Source: an uncultured delta proteobacterium (GTDB taxonomy: Bacteria; Desulfobacterota; Binatia; Binatales; Binataceae). From it: a stretch of DNA of 64,000 nucleotides. The stretch covers positions 1 through 64,000 of the forward strand of contig CAWJET010000002.1 of NCBI GenBank assembly GCA_963842085.1. Reading direction: 5' to 3'. The position numbers were made by a program, and so were the translations under genes. The notes beneath the pieces are model-generated. The model had not been told where the DNA came from, searched no databases, and was given only the letters and a program-made list of their open reading frames with translations. Below, one piece after another: positions 58,177 to 64,000 of this stretch. Within the stretch, counting starts at the first letter, position 1. Each line of letters opens with the position of its first letter.

Positions 58177-58485
58177 CTAGAGTTCCGTAATCACGTAAGC
58201 GAACAGCGCGAAGAACGCCGCCCCTACGATCGCGTACTCCATGACTTTTCCCGTCGCGACCCTCGGCGGAGCAAACGACTTATCGTGAGTCTGGTATTTC
58301 ACAACGACAGGTCCGCCTGGTCGGTGCAGCGTCGTGCCAAACACCGTGGGAGAATTGGCGATCGACAGCACGTTGATCCGCCCGTTGGCGTGCTTCAGCC
58401 AGTCTTCATAGTCGTCGGCGTCCGAGAACTGCTTGGTGAAAATAGCCATTGTAGCCACCTGATAGAGCTCAATAGGCTTGGACAT
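58177..58485 (-). CDS. Hypothetical membrane-anchored protein
   Basis: 102 aa with C-terminal TM helix. Confidence 0.5.
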   Translation of the reverse strand: MSKPIELYQVATMAIFTKQFSDADDYEDWLKHANGRINVLSIANSPTVFGTTLHRPGGPVVVKYQTHDKSFAPPRVATGKVMEYAIVGAAFFALFAYVITEL

Positions 58486-58549
58486 GACAAAAGTAGGCAG
58501 AGCGTCGAGCTAAATCAATCCAAGTGATTCAACAACTATCTAACTTCGC

Positions 58550-59863
58550 CTATCGATATGGATAAAAAACGTAAAATAGAGCCGACAAAATGCATAAAAT
58601 CCACAATCCGGCGTGAATCTCGCGATAGTGCCCGGCGGCCAGCTTGAAAAGGGGATAAAGAACCAGCCCGGCCGTGATGCCGACGCCGATGTTGTAGGTG
58701 AAGCTCATCAGGGCAATCACTGTGAATGCGGGAATCAGTTCGGTGTAATCGTCGAAGTCGATTTTGACCACCGGCGCGACCATCATGGCGCCGACTACAA
58801 TCAACGCCGGTGCGTAGGCGGCGGCCGGGATAGCGGCGACCAGCGGCGCGAAGAACAGCGACATCGCGAACAGTGCGGCGACCACCACTGCCGTCAGGCC
58901 GGTGCGTCCGCCGACATGGACGCCCGCGGCTGACTCGATGTACGCGCCGGCGGTGGTGGTGCCCACCAGGCCCGCGAACATCGTGGCAATTGCGTCGGCA
59001 AGCATCGGGCGTTCGATCTGCGGCAACGTGCCGTCGGCGTCGAGAAATCCGGCGCGCGCGGAGACTCCGATCAGCGAGCCCATCGTGTCGATCAGCGCCA
59101 TCACGAATATCGTCAGCAGGACGCCGAAAAATCCGACGCTCAACGCGCCGCGCAGATTGATTTGCAGCATGATCGGCGCGGGATTCGGCGGCATGCTGAC
59201 CCATTGTGACGGCGGCTTCGCGACGCCCGTGACGAATGCGATCGCGGCCGAGATCAAAATCCCGAGCAGGATCGCGCCCGGCACGCGGCGGACTATCAGT
59301 ATCGCGATCAGAACGAAGCTCAGAATCGCGATCTCGACCGACGGCGTCGCAAGGTTGCCGAGCCTTACCGGTGCGCCCGGCACGCCAATCGACACGATGC
59401 CGGATTCGTTGAGTCCGATGAAAGTGAGGAACAGGCCGATTCCCACGCCGAAGCTGTAGGAGAGGCCGGGCGGAAGCGCCTCGACTATCCAGGCTCGCAC
59501 GCGCGCGACCGTCAACAGCGTGAACATCACACCCGCCAGGAACACCGCAGCCATCGCGGTTTGCCAGCTGTAGCCGAGCACCTTTACGACCGTGTATGCG
59601 ACGAATGCGTTCTCGCCCATGTAAGGCGCGATCGCGAACGGGCGATTGGCGTACAAGCCCATCACGAGCGTTCCGACCACCGCGGTCATCACGGTCGCGA
59701 CCATCGAGGGTCGTTCGGGGATGCCCGCGGCTTTCAGAATCGCTGGATTGACCGCGATTATGTACGACATCGTGACGAAGGTGGTGACGCCGGCGAGCAC
59801 CTCGCGTCGAAACGTGGTGCCGGCGAGTTCCAGGCCGAAGTAATCTGCTATTCGCGATCCCAA
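58550..59863 (-). CDS. NCS2/AzgA-family purine permease
   Basis: EVLAGVTTFVTMSYII.VNP.IL, APYMGENAF, YIESAAGV..GGRTGLTA. Confidence 0.95.
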   Translation of the reverse strand: MGSRIADYFGLELAGTTFRREVLAGVTTFVTMSYIIAVNPAILKAAGIPERPSMVATVMTAVVGTLVMGLYANRPFAIAPYMGENAFVAYTVVKVLGYSWQTAMAAVFLAGVMFTLLTVARVRAWIVEALPPGLSYSFGVGIGLFLTFIGLNESGIVSIGVPGAPVRLGNLATPSVEIAILSFVLIAILIVRRVPGAILLGILISAAIAFVTGVAKPPSQWVSMPPNPAPIMLQINLRGALSVGFFGVLLTIFVMALIDTMGSLIGVSARAGFLDADGTLPQIERPMLADAIATMFAGLVGTTTAGAYIESAAGVHVGGRTGLTAVVVAALFAMSLFFAPLVAAIPAAAYAPALIVVGAMMVAPVVKIDFDDYTELIPAFTVIALMSFTYNIGVGITAGLVLYPLFKLAAGHYREIHAGLWILCILSALFYVFYPYR

Positions 59864-60026
59864 TAGAAACCCGCCTCCGGTCCGCGCGCGAGGCCTGAAT
59901 TACCACGGCGCGCCGAGTACATGCCACAAGAATGCGCGTAAACGCGGTTTGGTATATAAGGAACGAATCGCAAGGACGGACTCACGTGCGTCGCCGCCAG
60001 GGTTCCTTCAATCGCAGAGTGAACAG

Positions 60027-60851
60027 ATGAAAGAAGAACAAGCTCAGAAGATCCCCGCGGCAAAACCAATCGCGGACGGGCCCGCACCAACGAAGCCGCC
60101 CGCGCCCGCGACGCCGCCGGCGCCCAAGTCGATAACCACACTCGCCGTGGACGTCGGCGGTACTGGGATCAAGGCAGCCGCGCTCGACGAAAAAGGCAAG
60201 ATGATAACCGAGCGGCAAAAGATCAAGACGCCGCGTAACGCGACGCCGAAGAAAGTGATCGCAATTATCGCAGAGCTCGCGAAGATGGCCGGCGCGTTCG
60301 ACCGGGTGTCGGTGGGATTCCCCGGCGTCATCAAAAATGGTGTCGTCTACACGGCGCCGAACCTTGGCAAAGGATGGAAGAACTTTCCCCTCGAGGCGGC
60401 GCTGAAGAAGAAGCTCAGGCGACCGCTGCGAATCGCCAATGACGCCGACGTACAGGGTCTCGGATGCGCGACCGGCCGCGGCGACGAGCTGGTGATCACG
60501 CTGGGCACTGGATTCGGATCGGTGCTGTTCGTCGATGGGCATCGGATTCATCTCGAGCTGGGGCATCATCCGTTTCGCAACGGCAAGACCTACGAAGACG
60601 AGCTCGGCAACCGGGCGTTCCTGAAGAAGGGCAAGAAGAAGTGGAACAAGCACCTGCGCGAAGCGATTGACGAGATGGCCAAGACGTTCAACTACGACCG
60701 GCTGTACATCGGCGGCGGCAATGCGGAGACGATCAACTTCAAGCTGCCGCCGAACGTCAAGGTGGTAAGCAATACCGAGGGCCTGCTCGGCGGTATCAAG
60801 CTGTGGCAGGATCAAGCTGTCACGAAGAGGGCGCCGCAGCGCGCGGGGTAA
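60027..60851 (+). CDS. ROK-family sugar kinase (polyphosphate glucokinase-like)
   Basis: VDVGGTGIKAA, GFPG, NDADVQG, TLGTGFGS, ELGH. Confidence 0.88.
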   Translation: MKEEQAQKIPAAKPIADGPAPTKPPAPATPPAPKSITTLAVDVGGTGIKAAALDEKGKMITERQKIKTPRNATPKKVIAIIAELAKMAGAFDRVSVGFPGVIKNGVVYTAPNLGKGWKNFPLEAALKKKLRRPLRIANDADVQGLGCATGRGDELVITLGTGFGSVLFVDGHRIHLELGHHPFRNGKTYEDELGNRAFLKKGKKKWNKHLREAIDEMAKTFNYDRLYIGGGNAETINFKLPPNVKVVSNTEGLLGGIKLWQDQAVTKRAPQRAG

Positions 60852-60863
60852 ACGGGAGATGCG

Positions 60864-61784
60864 ATGAGAGTCATGCTGGCGGGCGCGACGGGCGCGATCG
60901 GTCGGCCGCTGATCGGTTGCTTGAGAGAAGCCGGTCACACTGTGTTTGGGCTGGCGCGTTCGCCGGAATCGGCGCGTGCGCTGGCCGAGGCAGGTGCCGG
61001 GGTGGTCATGGCGGATGCGCTGGAAGCGGCCGCTGTAAGAGCGGCGATTGCACGCGTTCAGCCGCACGCGGTCATCAACGAGCTGACCTCGCTGCCCGCG
61101 CACTACACGCCGGCGGAAATGAAAGCCGCGGCCGAGCGCGATCGCAAAGTTAGAATCGAAGGCAACGCAAACCTGCTGGCGGCGCTCCACGATGCGGGTG
61201 TGCGCCGCTACATTCTGCAATCGTCGGGATTTTGGTACGCGCCAGGCGCGGGGCTGGCCGATGAGTCGGCGCCGTTTGCACTTGACGCATCGCCGGCGGT
61301 GGCAGCCGGCGCTCACACCTATGCCGAACTGGAATCGTTGGCATCGCGAACGCCGGGTATAGAGTGGGTTGCCCTGCGCTACGGATTTTTCTATGGGCCG
61401 GGCACCTGGTATTGCAGCGAAGGCGACATGGGCGATCAGGTACGACAACAGTGGATCCCGGTCATCGGCGCTGGCGAAGGTGTGTGGAGCTGGGTGCACA
61501 TCGAGGACGCCGCCGCAGCCACGGTCGCGGCACTTGACTGCGCTCCGGGCGCGTACAACGTCGTGGACAGTGAACCGACGCCCCAGCGCGAATGGCTGCC
61601 CGCCTTTGCTCGGGCCGTCGGCGCGCCGCCGCCTCCCACCGTAACAGAGCAGCAAGCTCTGGACACATTTGGAGCGGATACCGTCTATTACGCGACGCGG
61701 CTGCGCGGGGCGTCAAACGACAAGGCCAGACGCGAGCTGCACTTTCGCCCACGCCCGCTCGAGTGGCTCCAGCCCGTCCCGTGA
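60864..61784 (+). CDS. NAD-dependent epimerase/dehydratase
   Basis: AGATGAIG, LRYGFFYGPG, WVHIEDAA. Confidence 0.9.
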   Translation: MRVMLAGATGAIGRPLIGCLREAGHTVFGLARSPESARALAEAGAGVVMADALEAAAVRAAIARVQPHAVINELTSLPAHYTPAEMKAAAERDRKVRIEGNANLLAALHDAGVRRYILQSSGFWYAPGAGLADESAPFALDASPAVAAGAHTYAELESLASRTPGIEWVALRYGFFYGPGTWYCSEGDMGDQVRQQWIPVIGAGEGVWSWVHIEDAAAATVAALDCAPGAYNVVDSEPTPQREWLPAFARAVGAPPPPTVTEQQALDTFGADTVYYATRLRGASNDKARRELHFRPRPLEWLQPVP

Positions 61785-61844
61785 ACTGCGCGGACACTCA
61801 GCTAGTCGCCCCGCCACCGCGAATGCGATAAATGCTTAAGCCCT

Positions 61845-61934
61845 GGAGGGGTGGCCGAGTGGTTGAAGGCACCGGTCTTGAAAACCGGCAGGGATGAAAG
61901 TCCCTCGTGGGTTCGAATCCCACCCCCTCCGCCA
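61845..61934 (+). tRNA. tRNA-Ser (anticodon TGA), CCA encoded
   Basis: GGAGGGG TGGCCGAGTGGTTGAAGGC ACCGGT-CTTGAAA-ACCGG, long variable arm, GGTTCGAATCC, CCCCTCC GCCA. Confidence 0.97.
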
Positions 61935-62145
61935 GGGAGTCCTCGAAACTGCAATTCCCGACAATCTCAGGTGGGTCTGCGCCGGCAGGGCGAGTCACGA
62001 GTGGGTCTTTTGGATGCATGATCGACTTTGGCAAATATATCCACGACTCAAATCTCCTCTCTCGGTCTGCCCTTTTTGTGACGCCGAGCTTGGCAGCAAC
62101 CTTGCTTCTGATTCGCAGCCTGTCTGCGAGGTCGAGGTAAGGCAG

Positions 62146-62757
62146 ATGCTATACATGATCGGCGGTGCCCCGCGTTCCGGCAAAACCACGCTTGCGCGGC
62201 GGATGCTCGCCGAGCACGGGGTCCCGTACTTCTCGATTGACACTCTGATCGCCAGTCTTGCGAGCGCGGCGCCTCAACTCGGAATGCGGGTGAGCGATCC
62301 AGCGCTCAAGCGGATGGAAGTAGTCTGGCCGACGATTCGCAAGGTCGCGAGCGACATATTGCAGAGCGGCGACGATCTCCTGCTGGAAGGCGATGTGCTT
62401 TTACCCAAGCATCTAATGGAATTAGGTCAAGGTGCTCACGCCGGCATCAAGGCATGCTTCATCGGCTATGCGGACGCGGACCCCGTACAGAAACTGCGCG
62501 CGATTCGGGAGCATGCCGCGGACGGAACCGACTGGACCGAGGAACTCGACGATGCCCGTCTGCTTAGCTTGATTGGCGAGCTTCGCACTTTCAGCCAATA
62601 TCTGCGACGCGAATGCTGCCACCACAAGATTCCGTACTTCGACGGGTCTACGTGCTTTGCGGGAGCGATCCGCGACGCCAAAAACTATCTGCACTCCGGC
62701 GCGTGGCCCGATCACCTGCACGCGCCGCAATCTCAATCCAGCTTGCGCTTGCCGTAG
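62146..62757 (+). CDS. P-loop kinase-like protein
   Basis: GAGG SD; IGGAPRSGKTTLA, LLEGD. Confidence 0.75.
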   Translation: MLYMIGGAPRSGKTTLARRMLAEHGVPYFSIDTLIASLASAAPQLGMRVSDPALKRMEVVWPTIRKVASDILQSGDDLLLEGDVLLPKHLMELGQGAHAGIKACFIGYADADPVQKLRAIREHAADGTDWTEELDDARLLSLIGELRTFSQYLRRECCHHKIPYFDGSTCFAGAIRDAKNYLHSGAWPDHLHAPQSQSSLRLP

Positions 62758-64000
62758 TAGGGCAGGGTAGTTTCGCCACTCGCGTCGGGGTTTGGCTTTT
62801 CCTTCGGGAGACTGGCAAGGCCGGCGCTGTACATCGCGAGAGTGCTCGGCTCGATTATGTCGCGGTCGGTGACGATGTTCAGGCAAGCAGGCCGTCCCGA
62901 CGCGAGCGCCCGCTTGAGCGCAGGCGCGATATCCGCCGCGCGCTCGACCAGTTCGCCCTGTGCGCCGAGCCCCTCGGCGGCGCGCTCGTAGTGTACCATC
63001 CCGAGTTCGGTGGCTATGCTGCGGCCTTTGCCCCACATCAGCTCCTGCCCATGCTTCGACATCCCCCACTGCTGGTCGTTGTTGATTACGACGGTGATCG
63101 GCAGGTTGTTCTTCGCAGAGGTATGAAATTCCGAGAAATTGAGCCCGGCCGATCCGTCGCCAACGATGCAGAAGACCTGCTTGTCGGGATGCGCCGCCTT
63201 GGCTGCGAGTGCGAACGGCAGACCGGTCCCAAGGCATCCGAGATAACCATGTGACAGGAATCGTCCCGGATACCGCGCCGTCCACGCATTGGACATCCAG
63301 GCGGCGGTCTCGCCGCCGTCGGCGACCACGATCGCGTCGGGGCTCAGGGTCTTTGCGATCTCGTGCACCATCCGCGCCGGATGAATCGGGCCGGGCCGGT
63401 CTTTGAGCGCGTCGTCGAAGCGATGGCTCGTCGCGCTGCGGATCGCGCCCAACCGCTCGAGCCATTCCGCATGAGGGTCGAATTTCTCGTCCTTCGCCGC
63501 TGCGCAGGCCTGGCGCAGGAATTCGCCGCAATCGGAAACGATGCCGAGTTCGATATTGCGGTTGCGCCCAATCTCCTCGGGCTCGATATCAACCTGGATT
63601 ACGCGCGCGTCGCCCGGAATCACCGAGTTGCGCCCGCCGGTGAACAGCCCAATTCGCGTGCCGAGCAGGATTACGAGATCGGTGTTGCCGCCGCTGGCCG
63701 CATGGATCGCAGGATGAATCGCGCCGAAGCTCCCGAAGCATAGCGGATGCTCCTCGGAGATCGAGCCGCGCGCCTTGGCGTTGGTCATTACCGGCGTGTT
63801 GGTAAGCTCGGCAAAGCGCGTCAGCTCCGCCGCAGCCTGCGCGAACCATACCCCGCCGCCGGCGAGGATGGCGGGGCGCTTGGCCTCGCGCAGCCAGTTG
63901 AGCGCCTGCGCGAGTGCAGCGCGGCCAGGCCCAGCAGCCTCCCTGGGCCGATAATCTTTGGGAAACTCGACTCGGTCTTCATCGGCGCGTGCGAAGAGCA
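62733..64000 (-). CDS. TPP-dependent enzyme (acetolactate synthase/benzaldehyde lyase-like), 5'-partial
   Basis: IQVDIEPEEIGRN, GYLGCLG.GLP, GDGS...NN-type TPP motif; frame open to the window edge. Confidence 0.92.
   Translation of the reverse strand, partial: LFARADEDRVEFPKDYRPREAAGPGRAALAQALNWLREAKRPAILAGGGVWFAQAAAELTRFAELTNTPVMTNAKARGSISEEHPLCFGSFGAIHPAIHAASGGNTDLVILLGTRIGLFTGGRNSVIPGDARVIQVDIEPEEIGRNRNIELGIVSDCGEFLRQACAAAKDEKFDPHAEWLERLGAIRSATSHRFDDALKDRPGPIHPARMVHEIAKTLSPDAIVVADGGETAAWMSNAWTARYPGRFLSHGYLGCLGTGLPFALAAKAAHPDKQVFCIVGDGSAGLNFSEFHTSAKNNLPITVVINNDQQWGMSKHGQELMWGKGRSIATELGMVHYERAAEGLGAQGELVERAADIAPALKRALASGRPACLNIVTDRDIIEPSTLAMYSAGLASLPKEKPNPDASGETTLPYYGKRKLD

Noticed and set aside
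59982-61655. 557-aa minus-strand ORF and the many other long antisense ORFs
   Set aside because: Shadow frames of clearly recognisable genes in high-GC DNA, with no motifs.
61845-62757. Island inserted at tRNA-Ser
   Set aside because: No integrase or duplicated tRNA end is visible; only one P-loop gene lies before a housekeeping-type enzyme.
1-64000. CRISPR array, rRNA, IS transposase, reverse transcriptase
   Set aside because: No regularly spaced repeats or diagnostic motifs seen on reading; this was not a computational scan.

Overview
High-GC bacterial window. The gene mix loosely suggests a Binatota-like or deltaproteobacterial soil organism, but that is only an inference. The first ~24 kb holds two integrative elements sharing one tRNA-Leu(TAG) at 12755-12838 (-). 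Island A runs from beyond the left edge to ~12754. It carries ArdC, a DUF3644/HEPN-like protein, a nuclease-like ORF, a broken ATP-dependent ligase, a LexA-TcmP-DUF5131 operon with a perfect 20-bp operator, a sensor-less sigma54 activator facing a sigma54 promoter ahead of an excisionase-like gene, an XRE gene and a tyrosine integrase at the tRNA 3' end. Element B (12800-23960, ~11.1 kb) is bounded by 41-bp repeats of the tRNA 5' half and looks like a phage satellite. It has an integrase, AlpA, a primase-helicase, a putative origin, and both terminase subunits, but no recognisable capsid or portal. A ribosomal protein bS21 gene is translationally coupled to its terL. The rest is chromosomal: a sulfatase cluster, P-type ATPase, P450, a porin/cytochrome c/GltD-like flavoprotein/Rieske/cyt b/tetraheme operon, VapBC, a sigma54-linked USP/CBS stress cluster, DsbA, an SCP2 plus ferritin-like alpha/beta pair, an ABC exporter, an NCS2 permease, a ROK kinase, tRNA-Ser(TGA) and a partial TPP enzyme. 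Bases 1-980 are an error-rich inverted copy of ~1277-2257, probably a long-read fold-back artefact, so several left-arm frameshifts may also be sequencing errors. All family calls come from motif recognition by eye; no database searches were run.
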